Assembly: GCA_963698285.1 (NCBI GenBank) | Contig: CAVOQF010000004.1 | Coordinates: 22,876-86,875 of the forward strand | Origin: an uncultured Actinomycetota bacterium | Lineage (GTDB): Bacteria > Actinomycetota > Actinomycetes > Actinomycetales > Micrococcaceae | Reading direction: 5' to 3' | Length of the DNA stretch: 64,000 nucleotides | In this document: positions 32,500-41,854 of the stretch, piece after piece | Position numbering within the stretch: the stretch's first letter is position 1 | Layout: the number at the start of each line of letters is the position of its first letter | The notes under the pieces: model-generated | Databases searched by the model: none | Seen by the model: the letters and a program-made list of their open reading frames with translations, nothing else | What the model was told of the DNA's origin: nothing | Translations under genes and position numbers: made by a program

Positions 32500-33707
32500 C
32501 CTCCGGGCAGCCGCTCTCCCCCTGGCAGCGTGCAGCCACCGGCGCCAACCTGCTCTCCCCCGGCGGGAACCTGGGCGTCACGATCTTCGAGGAGATGACC
32601 ACGCTGGCGCTCCGGACCGGCGCCATCAACCTGGGCCAGGGCTTCCCGGACGAGGACGGACCGGCGGAGATCAAGGACGCCGCCCAGGCCGCTATTGCCG
32701 CGGGCGCCAACCAGTACGCCCCCGGCAAGGGCATCCTGGAACTGCGGGAGGCCATCGCGCTGCACCAGGAGCGGTTCTACGGGCTCGCCCCGGATCCGCA
32801 GACGGAAATCATCGTCACCACCGGCGCCACCGAGGCCATCGCCGCCGCCCTGCTGGCCCTGGTCGGACCCGGCGACGAGGTCCTCACCTTCGAGCCGTTC
32901 TACGACTCCTACGGCGCGATCATCGGGCTCTCCGGCGCCCGGCACGTCACCGCGCCGCTGCTGGCTCCCGATTTCATGCCCGACCTCGATGCCCTCGCCG
33001 CGGCCTTCAGCGACCGCACCAAGGTGGTGCTGGTGAACAATCCGCACAACCCCACCGGCGCGGTGTTCCCGCGCGAAGTGCTCGAACGCGTCGTCGAACT
33101 CGCCACGAAGCACGACGCCGTCATCATCACCGACGAGGTCTACGAACACCTCACCTTCGGCGCCCGGCACCTGCCGGTCGCGACGCTGCCCGGCGCCGCC
33201 GAGCGCACCCTGACCATCTCCTCCGCCGGGAAGACCTTCTCCTTCACCGGCTGGAAGATCGGCTGGCTCAGCGGCCCCGAACATCTTGTGGCGGCGGCCC
33301 GGACGGTCAAGCAGTTCCTTAGCTACAGCTCCGGAACCCCCTTCCAAAGCGCCATTGCGGTGGGCCTGGGGCTGCCCGAGGAGTTCTACGCCGGCATCGC
33401 CGACACGCTGCGGCTCAAGCGCGACATCCTCAGTGAAGGGCTGCGCGCGGCGGGGTTTGAGGTCTTCACCCCGCAGGGGACCTACTTTGTGAACGTGGAC
33501 ACCGCCCCGCTGGGAATCTCCGATTCGGTGGACCTGGCCCGCCGGCTCCCGGAACTGGTGGGGGTTGCCGCCATCCCGGTGCCGGTGTTCTGCCACGCCG
33601 AGGGCGCCGAGCGGACCCGCAGCCTGCTCCGCTTCGCGTTCTGCAAGAAGACCCACGTCCTGGAGGAGGCCGCCGAGCGGCTTTCCACCCTCCGGGACCG
33701 GCTGTGA
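32496..33707 (+). CDS. PLP-dependent class I/II aminotransferase (DapC/YbdL-like)
   Basis: 'INLGQGFPD', 'NNPHNPTG', 'DEVY', 'SAGKTFSFTGWKIG'. Confidence 0.92.
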   Translation: MTSGQPLSPWQRAATGANLLSPGGNLGVTIFEEMTTLALRTGAINLGQGFPDEDGPAEIKDAAQAAIAAGANQYAPGKGILELREAIALHQERFYGLAPDPQTEIIVTTGATEAIAAALLALVGPGDEVLTFEPFYDSYGAIIGLSGARHVTAPLLAPDFMPDLDALAAAFSDRTKVVLVNNPHNPTGAVFPREVLERVVELATKHDAVIITDEVYEHLTFGARHLPVATLPGAAERTLTISSAGKTFSFTGWKIGWLSGPEHLVAAARTVKQFLSYSSGTPFQSAIAVGLGLPEEFYAGIADTLRLKRDILSEGLRAAGFEVFTPQGTYFVNVDTAPLGISDSVDLARRLPELVGVAAIPVPVFCHAEGAERTRSLLRFAFCKKTHVLEEAAERLSTLRDRL

Positions 33708-34501
33708 GCGCGGAGGGCAGCCCGGCGGCCAGGCGCCTGCTGCGGGCCAGCGGGCAGCACGCCGTGATCGAGCCGGATGAGTTCACCGAGGGCGGCTTCG
33801 TGCTGAGCATCGGCGGCGCCGAGCAGTCCCACGTCAACCTGGCCGACCCGGCCGACATCTTCTACGAGTATCTGCGCCGGATCGGCCATGTAGTGGATCT
33901 CGCGGCGCCCTGGGGCGAGCCCATCACGGCCCTCCATCTTGGCGCCGGAGCCCTGACGCTGGCGCGCTACATCCAGGCGACCCGGCCCGGTTCCGTGCAG
34001 TACGCGGTCGAACTGGAGCGCGAACTGCTGGACTTCGTACTCCAGCGGCTGCCGATGCCGGAGGGAACCGACCTGCAGACCGTGATCGGCGACGCCCGGG
34101 AGTCGCTGGCCGCGCTGCCCGCCGGGCTGCGGTTCGACGTCGTGATCCTGGACATCTTTTCCGGTCCCGAGGCACCGGCTCACATCGCCTGCACGGAGTT
34201 CTACCAGGAGGCCGCCGCCCGGCTGACGCCGCGGGGCGTGCTGATTGTCAATGTCGGCGACGAACCCGGCCTGACCCTGGTGCGGAGCCAGGTGGCCGCG
34301 CTGCGCCGGGCGATGGCCGACGTGTCCGCCTTTGCCGAGGCAGGCATGTTCAGCGGCCGCTATCCCGGCAACATCATCCTGACCGGCACCCAGGTCCCGT
34401 GGCCCGCGATGTGGACGGCGGCGCTCACCGCCCGCGGCCCGCACCCGGCGAAGGTGCTCTCCGGCGTCGGCCTGGACGTGCTTTCAGACCAGACCCGCTG
34501 A
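33704..34501 (+). CDS. Spermidine synthase-like SAM-dependent transferase
   Basis: 'QSHVNLADP', 'LHLGAGALTL', 'IGDAR', 'FDVVILDIF'. Confidence 0.82.
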   Translation: MSAEGSPAARRLLRASGQHAVIEPDEFTEGGFVLSIGGAEQSHVNLADPADIFYEYLRRIGHVVDLAAPWGEPITALHLGAGALTLARYIQATRPGSVQYAVELERELLDFVLQRLPMPEGTDLQTVIGDARESLAALPAGLRFDVVILDIFSGPEAPAHIACTEFYQEAAARLTPRGVLIVNVGDEPGLTLVRSQVAALRRAMADVSAFAEAGMFSGRYPGNIILTGTQVPWPAMWTAALTARGPHPAKVLSGVGLDVLSDQTR

Positions 34502-34508
34502 GGACACC

Positions 34509-34970
34509 GTGGCCGCAATTCTTCTGACGGGCATGTCGGCCGCCGGCAAGTCGACGGTGCTGGCGGAACTCGCCCGGCGCGGATATGACACGGTGGACAC
34601 CGACGACGGCGACTGGATCCTTCGGTGCAGCGGCGAACCGCTGTGGAACGAACCCCTGATGGATGGCTTGCTGTCCCGGCAGCGGTCGGGTCCCCTTTTC
34701 GTGCAGGGTACCGTCGCCAACCAGGGACGCTTCTATGACCGGTTCAACGCAGTCGTACTCTTGAGCGCGCCGGTGGCGGTGATCCTCGAACGCCTGCGCA
34801 CCAGGACGAGCAACGACTTCGGAAAGTCCGCAGCCGAACGGGAGGCGGTCCTGCGGGACATCGCCGAGGTTGAGCCGTTGCTTCGCGCCGGATCCACGCA
34901 TGTGATCGACACGCAGCAGCCGCTCGAGGAAACGGTCGGGGCGCTGCTGGCTATCGCCGCAGCGCGCTAG
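34509..34970 (+). CDS. Small P-loop (shikimate/nucleoside kinase-like) protein
   Basis: 'TGMSAAGKST' Walker A; 153 aa. Confidence 0.8.
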   Translation: MAAILLTGMSAAGKSTVLAELARRGYDTVDTDDGDWILRCSGEPLWNEPLMDGLLSRQRSGPLFVQGTVANQGRFYDRFNAVVLLSAPVAVILERLRTRTSNDFGKSAAEREAVLRDIAEVEPLLRAGSTHVIDTQQPLEETVGALLAIAAAR

Positions 34971-35041
34971 GAGCCGCGCACCGGGAGGCCCGGCGGCCCC
35001 GGCTGCAACCCCAGGCAGGCGGCCACGGCGCGGCAGGCAGC

Positions 35042-35533
35042 TCAGCCGAACGCGATCTTCCGCAGCAGGACGCGGAGCTGGTCCCGTTCCGGAGCGTCGA
35101 GCGCCGCCAAGGACGTCTCTTCGGCCACCCGGACGGCGGCCGCGGCACGCCGATACAGCTCCATGCCCGCGGCCGTCGGGCGGATGACCTTGGACCGCCG
35201 GTCGCGGGGATCGGGCGCGCGGAACAGCAGCCCGCGCTGTTCCAGCGCGTCAACCAGGGAGACGATCTGGCTGGGATCCAAGCGCAGGAAATCAGCGAGC
35301 TCGCGCTGCGAGGGCCCGGTGTCGCTGCACGCCATCGCCAGGACCGAGTAGGCGCGCACCTTCAGGTCCAGCGGGGCCAGCACGGCGTTGGCGTGGGCGC
35401 TGCCCAGGGAGCGCGCACGCGCCGCCAGGAACTCAATTTCGTCCACCAGTTCGCTGGCGAGAAGGCGCTCCGGGACGGCCGGAATCGCGGCGCCTTCCTC
35501 GGGGTCATCGCCATGCGGAATCAATTCGGCCAC
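35042..35533 (-). CDS. MarR family regulator
   Basis: 'SQRELADFLRLDPSQIVSLVDALEQRGL..DPRDRRSK'. Confidence 0.92.
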   Translation of the reverse strand: MAELIPHGDDPEEGAAIPAVPERLLASELVDEIEFLAARARSLGSAHANAVLAPLDLKVRAYSVLAMACSDTGPSQRELADFLRLDPSQIVSLVDALEQRGLLFRAPDPRDRRSKVIRPTAAGMELYRRAAAAVRVAEETSLAALDAPERDQLRVLLRKIAFG

Positions 35534-35611
35534 AGGTCCTCGCAGCTTCGGGTTGGCGCCCGGGGACGCTTGACGGCTTCAACGATACCGCCGGCGCTCC
35601 TGCCGGACGGA

Positions 35612-35651
35612 AAATAGTTGAGGAAATTATCATTGACAACGTCAACTATTT
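35612..35651. promoter_or_regulatory. Candidate MarR operator between divergent marR and SBP genes
   Basis: AAATAGTTGA...TCAACTATTT inverted repeat with an internal TTGAC-aac-GTCAA palindrome. Confidence 0.6.
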
Positions 35652-35747
35652 GGGTTGTCATTTATTTAGCTTCGGTCTGCCCGTCAGGGAGTTGCCCGGC
35701 AAAGCGCCCCGATCGTCGAATAACTCACCCCAAGGAAGTGGACTGTT

Positions 35748-36725
35748 ATGAAGAGACTCACATTTGCCGCCGTCGGAGCTGCCGCGGCTTTGCTGCTCAC
35801 CGCCTGCGGCGGCGGGTCGCCGTCCGGTTCCACCTCGTCCGCCCCGGCCGCTGGCGGCGACAGCATGCGCAACATCAGCGTCGGTGTGATCTCGATTGCG
35901 CCGTCCGCCGCCGTGAAACTGGGCATTGATGAGGGAATCTTCGCCAAGCACAAGCTGAACGTGGAGCTGCAGAGCGGCCAGGGCGGGGCGGCGATGCTTC
36001 CCGCCGTCTCCACCGGAACGATGAACTTCGCCGTGGGGAACCCGCTGTCCGTGCTCCTTGCCAAGAACAAGGGCCTGGACATGCGGATCGTCTCCGGATA
36101 TTCGAACTCCCTCGCCACCGGGAAGGACATCAATGGCGTTGTGGCCAAGGCGGACTCCGGCATTGCCTCCGCCAAGGACCTCGCCGGCAAGAAGGTGGCG
36201 GTCAACACCATCAACGCGCAGGGCGACCTGACCATCAAGGAGGTCGTGTCCAAGCAGGGCGGCGATCCGAACGCGGTCAAGTTCCTCGAGCTGCCGTTCC
36301 AGGACATGGGGGCACAGCTGGCCCAGGGCAACGCGGACGCTGTCTGGGTTCCCGAGCCGTTCCTCTCCAAACTCCTGGGCGAAGGCAACAAGCTGGTGAC
36401 CTACAACAACCAGGAGGCGCTGCCGGGCCTGCCCACCATGGTGACCTTCACCAGCGGCAACTACGCCCAGCAGAATCCGCAGGTGGTTGCCGACTTCAAG
36501 GCGGCCATGACGGAGACCCTGGCCCTGGCACAGAGCAACCCCGACAAGGTCCGGGCACTGCTTCCCGCGTTTATGAAGATGCCCGAGGCCGTGGCCAAGA
36601 ATCTGCGGCTGGAGGAATTCAACGGCAAGGTGGACGAACCCACGCTGGGCAAACTTGGCGAGCTGATGGCAAAGTACGGAATTGTGCCCTCGGCGCCGGA
36701 CGTTGCGGGCACGATCCTCAAGTAG
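35748..36725 (+). CDS. ABC substrate-binding lipoprotein (SsuA/NMT1/TauA-like)
   Basis: Lipobox 'LTAC', 'KDLAGKKVAVN', 'DAVWVPEPF'. Confidence 0.88.
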   Translation: MKRLTFAAVGAAAALLLTACGGGSPSGSTSSAPAAGGDSMRNISVGVISIAPSAAVKLGIDEGIFAKHKLNVELQSGQGGAAMLPAVSTGTMNFAVGNPLSVLLAKNKGLDMRIVSGYSNSLATGKDINGVVAKADSGIASAKDLAGKKVAVNTINAQGDLTIKEVVSKQGGDPNAVKFLELPFQDMGAQLAQGNADAVWVPEPFLSKLLGEGNKLVTYNNQEALPGLPTMVTFTSGNYAQQNPQVVADFKAAMTETLALAQSNPDKVRALLPAFMKMPEAVAKNLRLEEFNGKVDEPTLGKLGELMAKYGIVPSAPDVAGTILK

Positions 36726-36744
36726 GCGCACGGGGAACCGGCTG

Positions 36745-36776
36745 AGGACGACGGCGGGTCACCGCCGTCGTCCTTT
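36745..36776. terminator. Hairpin between convergent SBP gene and rsmD
   Basis: aggacgacggcgg-gtca-ccgccgtcgtcct. Confidence 0.65.
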
Positions 36777-36790
36777 GCCGTGTTGCGGGG

Positions 36791-37405
36791 TTAGTCAGCG
36801 GCCCCGTCCGGCGCGTCGTCCCCGGTGTCCACACCGTCCACCCCGGGTTCGGCGAACCAGAGCCGGGTTTCGCCGTATTTCTTCTCCGCGAACCGCTCCA
36901 TGCCCTCCGGCCAGGCCGGCTCCGGGGTGCGGGCGGAGCGTTCCACCACGACGACGGCGCCCTCGGCCAGGTGCGGGAGCAGCTTGGCGAGCACCGCGGC
37001 CAGGGCCGCCTCATCCAGCGGGTAGGGCGGGTCGAGGAACACCAGATCCCAGCGGGTGCCCCCGGCGGTGCGGTCCAGGAACGACTCCACCTTGGAGCGG
37101 TGCACGGAGACGACCTTGTGCCTCGCCACGGTGTTGACCAGGTCCGCGTTGCGCTGGCAGACCTCGCTGGCCTTGCCGTCGAACTCGACCAGGTCCACGG
37201 TGAGGGCGCCGCGGCTGGCGCTCTCCACGCCGAGCGAACCGGAGCCGGCGTAGAGGTCCAGCACCCGGGCGTCGGCAATGACCTCGAAGGCGTCCAACCG
37301 GGAGAAGAGCGCCTCCTTGACCCGGTCCGTGGTGGGCCGGGTCATGGACCCGGGGACACTGACCAGGGGTGTGCCGCCGGCCGCACCGGCGATGATCCGG
37401 CTCAT
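36791..37405 (-). CDS. rsmD: 16S rRNA m2G966 methyltransferase
   Basis: 'TRPTTDRVKEALF', 'LDLYAGSG', 'FLDPPY', 'KKYGET'. Confidence 0.95.
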   Translation of the reverse strand: MSRIIAGAAGGTPLVSVPGSMTRPTTDRVKEALFSRLDAFEVIADARVLDLYAGSGSLGVESASRGALTVDLVEFDGKASEVCQRNADLVNTVARHKVVSVHRSKVESFLDRTAGGTRWDLVFLDPPYPLDEAALAAVLAKLLPHLAEGAVVVVERSARTPEPAWPEGMERFAEKKYGETRLWFAEPGVDGVDTGDDAPDGAAD

Positions 37406-37423
37406 GGTGTTGCCCCGTCCGTT

Positions 37424-39634
37424 CTAGCCGCGTTCAAGGAACGCCTCCTTTTCAGGGTTGAGATAGTCGTCGATGGCCGCGGCGAGGCCGGCGTGCCGGG
37501 CCAGGTCCGGGTCGGCGCCGACGATCGCCTGGGCGTCCTGCCGGGCCCGGGCGATCACGTCCTCGTGGTCGAGCACGCGCAGCAGTTTCAGCGTGGAGCG
37601 GCCGCCGGACTGCGAGGCGCCCAGGATGTCGCCCTCGCGGCGGAGCTTGAGGTCCTCCTGGGAGAGTTCGAAGCCGTCGGTGGTGGCGGCCACCGCGTCC
37701 AGCCGGCGCCGGCTGGGATGGCCCGGCTCCAGGGTGGTGACCAGCAGGCAGGTTCCCGGCAGGCCGCCGCGGCCCACCCGGCCGCGGAGCTGGTGGAGCT
37801 GGGAAATGCCGAAGCGGTCAGCGTCCAAAATCACCATGAGCGTGGCGTTGTGCACGTCGACGCCGACCTCGATCACGGTGGTGGAGACCAGCAGTTTGGT
37901 CTGGTTGGCGGTGAAAGAGGCCATCGTCTCGGACTTCAGGGCCGGGTCCTGCCGGCCGTGCAGCGGCGCCACCGGCACGCCCGCCAGCAAAGGTTCGTCC
38001 CGCAGGAGTTCGACGACGCCGGTCACGGAGGCGAGCTCCCGGGCGCCGGTCTCGGCCAGGTCCGCGTCGGTGGGCTCGGCCTCCCCGGGGCTGAAGTCGC
38101 CGTCGTCGTCCGTGCCGATCTTGGGGCAGACGACGTAGACCTGGTGGCCGGCGTCGATCTCCTCGCGGGAGCGGGACCAGATGCGGGTGGCCCAGGCCGG
38201 GTGTTCGGCCAGGCCCACCACGTGGGTGGAGATCGGCGCGCGGCCGGCCGGCAGCTCATCCAGCACGGAGGTTTCCAGGTCGCCGAACACCGTCATGGCG
38301 ACGGTCCGCGGGATGGGGGTGGCGGTCATGACCAGCAGGTGCGGCGGCTTGCTGGCCTTGGCCCGGAGCGCGTCGCGCTGTTCGACGCCGAAGCGGTGCT
38401 GTTCGTCCACCACGATCAGGCCGAGGTCGTAGAAGGAGACGTTCTCGCTGAGCAGGGCGTGGGTGCCGATCACGATCCCGGCGGTCCCGGAGGCGGCATC
38501 CAGCATGGCCTGTTTCCGGGCGGCGGTGGGCATGGAGCCGGTCAGCAGCGTGACCTGGACCGAGTCCGGTCCGAGGCCGCCCAGCAGCCCGTCCCGGGAA
38601 AGCGGGCCCAGGGTGCGGCGGATGGAATCGTAGTGCTGCGCGGCGAGCACCTCGGTGGGGGCCAGCAGCGCCGCCTGTCCCCCGGCGTCGACCACCTGCA
38701 GCATGGCGCGCAGGGCCACGATGGTCTTGCCCGAACCCACTTCGCCCTGCAGCAGCCGGTTCATCGGCGAGTCCAGGGCGAGTTCCTCGGAAAGGGTCTT
38801 CCCGACGGCGGCCTGGCCGGCGGTCAGCGTGAAGGGCAGCTGCCGGTCGAACGCAGCCAGCAGGCCGCCGGGCACCGGACGGCGGGCGGTGGCTTCCTCG
38901 GCGGCCCACTGGGCGCGGCGCCGGGCCAGGGCCGACTGCAGCACCAGGGCTTCCTGGTAGCGGAAGCGGTCCCGGGCCCGCTGCCAGTCCGCAGGGGTCT
39001 CCGGTGCGTGGATCAGCCGGTAGGCGTCAGCGACGGGCAGGAACTTCTCCCGGGCGGCGATATCGGCCGGCAGCGGATCGTCCAGGCCGTCCAGCTCCGC
39101 GGTGCCCAGCAGGGTGTCGACCACCTTCTGGATGGACCAGCTGGTGAGCTTCGCGGTGGCCGGGTACACCGGGATGGGCATCGCCGCGAGCTTCTCCGGG
39201 TCCATGCCGGGGATATCCGGGTCTTCGTCGAGCAGTTGGTACTGCGGGTTGGTCAGGCCCAGCGAGCCGCCGTAGCGGGTCACCTTGCCGGAGAACAGGG
39301 CGCGCCGGCCCGGGAGCAGCTCGGCCTTGGCGCGGTAAGCGTTGAAGAAGCTGACCTTGAGGGTTCCGGCGTCGTCGGTGATCACGACGTCTGTCAGCGT
39401 ACCCTTGCGGGCGCGCATGGACCGGGTGCTGCTGGAGACCACCCGCGCGATCAGCGTGACTTCCTCGTCCAGCGGGACCTCGCTGATGGGGGTGAGTTCG
39501 CCGCGGTTCAGGTAGCGGCGCGGGAAGTAGTTCAGCAGCCCGCCGACGCTGGTGATGCCCAGGTGCTTTTCAATGACGGCCGCGGAGCGCTTGCCGATCC
39601 GGCGGTCCAGGCCCAGCTCAAGTTCAGCGTTCAT
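37424..39634 (-). CDS. recG: ATP-dependent DNA helicase RecG
   Basis: 'LQGEVGSGKT', 'DEQHRFGVEQR', 'TATPIPRT', 'QLRGRVGRG'. Confidence 0.97.
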   Translation of the reverse strand: MNAELELGLDRRIGKRSAAVIEKHLGITSVGGLLNYFPRRYLNRGELTPISEVPLDEEVTLIARVVSSSTRSMRARKGTLTDVVITDDAGTLKVSFFNAYRAKAELLPGRRALFSGKVTRYGGSLGLTNPQYQLLDEDPDIPGMDPEKLAAMPIPVYPATAKLTSWSIQKVVDTLLGTAELDGLDDPLPADIAAREKFLPVADAYRLIHAPETPADWQRARDRFRYQEALVLQSALARRRAQWAAEEATARRPVPGGLLAAFDRQLPFTLTAGQAAVGKTLSEELALDSPMNRLLQGEVGSGKTIVALRAMLQVVDAGGQAALLAPTEVLAAQHYDSIRRTLGPLSRDGLLGGLGPDSVQVTLLTGSMPTAARKQAMLDAASGTAGIVIGTHALLSENVSFYDLGLIVVDEQHRFGVEQRDALRAKASKPPHLLVMTATPIPRTVAMTVFGDLETSVLDELPAGRAPISTHVVGLAEHPAWATRIWSRSREEIDAGHQVYVVCPKIGTDDDGDFSPGEAEPTDADLAETGARELASVTGVVELLRDEPLLAGVPVAPLHGRQDPALKSETMASFTANQTKLLVSTTVIEVGVDVHNATLMVILDADRFGISQLHQLRGRVGRGGLPGTCLLVTTLEPGHPSRRRLDAVAATTDGFELSQEDLKLRREGDILGASQSGGRSTLKLLRVLDHEDVIARARQDAQAIVGADPDLARHAGLAAAIDDYLNPEKEAFLERG

Positions 39635-40736
39635 GTCCGTCGAGGTCCGTGCTGCGGGGCTGGGCGCCGGGAACTGCTTCCAGGGTAGGAGAACCGGCAT
39701 CGCGCGGGACGGCGAGGTCGCTGACGCTGATGTCGGAGGGTTCGCCGAGCGAGCGGATCAGTGCGACGGCGGGGGCCGGGTCGGGCACGTGGACGTGGAC
39801 CCGCCAGCGGTAGGCCCCGTCCGCGTCGGCGTCGCCGCCCACCTGGCTCATGATCACGGACTCGCCCATCTCGTCGAGCCGCTGCCGCATGGTGGCCGCG
39901 TCCAGCGGCGAGAGCGTGATGGTGCACATGAGCTCCACGCCGTCGTCCCGCGGCATGCCTACGTGGATGTGGGGATCCTGGACGTCGTAGCCGTGCAGGC
40001 CGTCCAGCAGCTGGTCCTGCAGCTCCTCGCCGAGCACGGCAGAGCGCAGGCAGTCGAGGACCAGGAGCATCCCGACGCCGCCGGCGTCCACCACGTGGGC
40101 GGTGTGCAGGGCCTCGAGCTGGTCTTCGGTGTGGACCACGGCGGCCAGGGCAGCCTCCACGGCGGCGTCGAGGGCCAGTCCGAGGGTGTGGTTGCTGTCG
40201 TCGCCGCCGTGCTCGGCGTCGACGGCGGCGGCGGCGCGGGCCGCAGCCTCCATCACCGAAAGCATGGTGCCGGGCACCGGGTCGCTCAGCGCGGACCAGG
40301 CCCGGATCTGGGCGCGGTTGAGCGCGGCGGCCAGCAGGGGTGAACTGAGCCGGTGGTGCCCGGCCAGGGGTTCCGCGGCAGCGCAGAGGAAGACGGCAAA
40401 GAGCGTGCCGGAGTTGCCCCGCGCCTGCTCGATCGCGGCCTGGCCCGCGCGGGCCAGGACGGCCCCGACGTCGTTCTGCGCCGGGTCGGGCGGGCCCACG
40501 GCGTGCAGCGGGGCGTCGGCGTTGAGCTGCGGCAGGGCGGCGGTGTCGGTGGCGACGTCCTGCAGTGCCCGGGCGGCGGCGCGCACGGTGAGGTACAGGT
40601 TGGTGCCGGTATCGCCGTCGGCGACGGGAAAGATGTTGATGGCATTCAGGCGGTCGCTGTGGTTCCCAAGCGTTGTCTCCGCCTTGCCCAACCACCGCTT
40701 CATCGCTTGCGCGTTGGCGGCAATTTTAGTCTGCAA
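39624..40736 (-). CDS. DAK2 domain protein (FakA-like, short form)
   Basis: 'INIFPVADGDTGTN', 'ARGNSG', 'PVPGTMLSV', 'VVDAGG'. Confidence 0.9.
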   Translation of the reverse strand: MQTKIAANAQAMKRWLGKAETTLGNHSDRLNAINIFPVADGDTGTNLYLTVRAAARALQDVATDTAALPQLNADAPLHAVGPPDPAQNDVGAVLARAGQAAIEQARGNSGTLFAVFLCAAAEPLAGHHRLSSPLLAAALNRAQIRAWSALSDPVPGTMLSVMEAAARAAAAVDAEHGGDDSNHTLGLALDAAVEAALAAVVHTEDQLEALHTAHVVDAGGVGMLLVLDCLRSAVLGEELQDQLLDGLHGYDVQDPHIHVGMPRDDGVELMCTITLSPLDAATMRQRLDEMGESVIMSQVGGDADADGAYRWRVHVHVPDPAPAVALIRSLGEPSDISVSDLAVPRDAGSPTLEAVPGAQPRSTDLDGHER

Positions 40737-41796
40737 AGTGATCCCATCCCACGGTGTCAGCGGGCCGGCCCGCTATTGTCACGCCCGTGCTGTCCGTTGA
40801 GGCAGGGGCTTCTACCGAGCCTATCGCAGTGAACCCGCGAGGCAGCTGAATGCCTGCCGGGTAGGCGGCGAGCAGGCCGTGGTCCTCGCCGCCGCCCAGG
40901 ACCCAGTCCATCGGGTCCGTGCCCAGCAGGGTTGCGGCCGGCTGCAGCGGCACGGCGAGCGCTTTGAGCGCCGCGGGGTCCAGGTTCAGCACGGCATGGC
41001 TGGCCGCAGCCATCCGCTGCCCGTCCCGGACCAGGCCGTCGGAGAGGTCCATCAGGGCGCTGGCACCGGCTGCCCGCGCCAGCGGCCCGGCCGCGAGCGG
41101 TGGCAGGGGACGGCACTGGGTGTCCATCAGGGCGCGCTGTTCGGTGGTCAGGGCGCCTGCGGGCGTGTCGGATTCCAGCAGGGCCAGGCCGGCGGCGGCG
41201 CGGCCCACGGTGCCTGCGAGCGCCAGGGTGTCCCCCGGCCGGGCGCCGGAGCGCAGTACCGGGTCCTGTCCGTCGAGGGTGCCGAGGATGGCGACGCTGA
41301 CGGACAGTTCGCGTCCCCGGCCCAGGTCCCCGCCGGCCACGGCGCAGTCTTCCGCGCCCAGTTCGCGGATCGCGGCGCTCAGCCCGTCAGCGAAGTCCTC
41401 CACCCAGGCCACGAGCGTTTCCGGGGGCATGGTCAGGCTGACGACCAGCGAGGTGGCGCGGGCGCCCATGGCGTTGATGTCACTGAGGTTCTGGGCGGCG
41501 GCCTTCCAGCCGACGTCGTAGCCGGTTGTCCGGTAGCCGTTGTTCCACTGCAGCCGGAAGTCCTGGTCCGCCACCTGGGTGTCGATGCTGATGACCGTCC
41601 GCCCGTCCGGCGCAGCCACGATTGCGGCATCGTCGCCCGGGCCCAGCAGCAGGGTGCCGCTGTCCCCGCCGTGGAGCCGGGGGAAAATGCGGGCCAGGAG
41701 CCCGGACTCGGAGAGGTCGGCCACGGTCAGCGGCGATGGCGGCTGCGGGATCCGCGGCTCTGGTGAATGCGGCGGGCGGGTCAGCGGTTCAGGCAC
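40726..41796 (-). CDS. thiL: Thiamine-monophosphate kinase
   Basis: 'GPGDDAA', 'NLSDINAMG', 'DLSDGL', 'GGEDH', 'GWDHF'. Confidence 0.96.
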   Translation of the reverse strand: MPEPLTRPPHSPEPRIPQPPSPLTVADLSESGLLARIFPRLHGGDSGTLLLGPGDDAAIVAAPDGRTVISIDTQVADQDFRLQWNNGYRTTGYDVGWKAAAQNLSDINAMGARATSLVVSLTMPPETLVAWVEDFADGLSAAIRELGAEDCAVAGGDLGRGRELSVSVAILGTLDGQDPVLRSGARPGDTLALAGTVGRAAAGLALLESDTPAGALTTEQRALMDTQCRPLPPLAAGPLARAAGASALMDLSDGLVRDGQRMAAASHAVLNLDPAALKALAVPLQPAATLLGTDPMDWVLGGGEDHGLLAAYPAGIQLPRGFTAIGSVEAPASTDSTGVTIAGRPADTVGWDHFAD

Positions 41797-41854
41797 AGCC
41801 CCACGCTACCGTGTACGGGTGACAACGGCGCTGTCGCCCGGCAGCGCGGCCGCA

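Noticed and set aside
39624-41796. No rpmB between thiL and the DAK2 gene, and a short DAK2 protein
   Set aside because: The genes overlap cleanly with no scar; probably a lineage trait and not testable from this window
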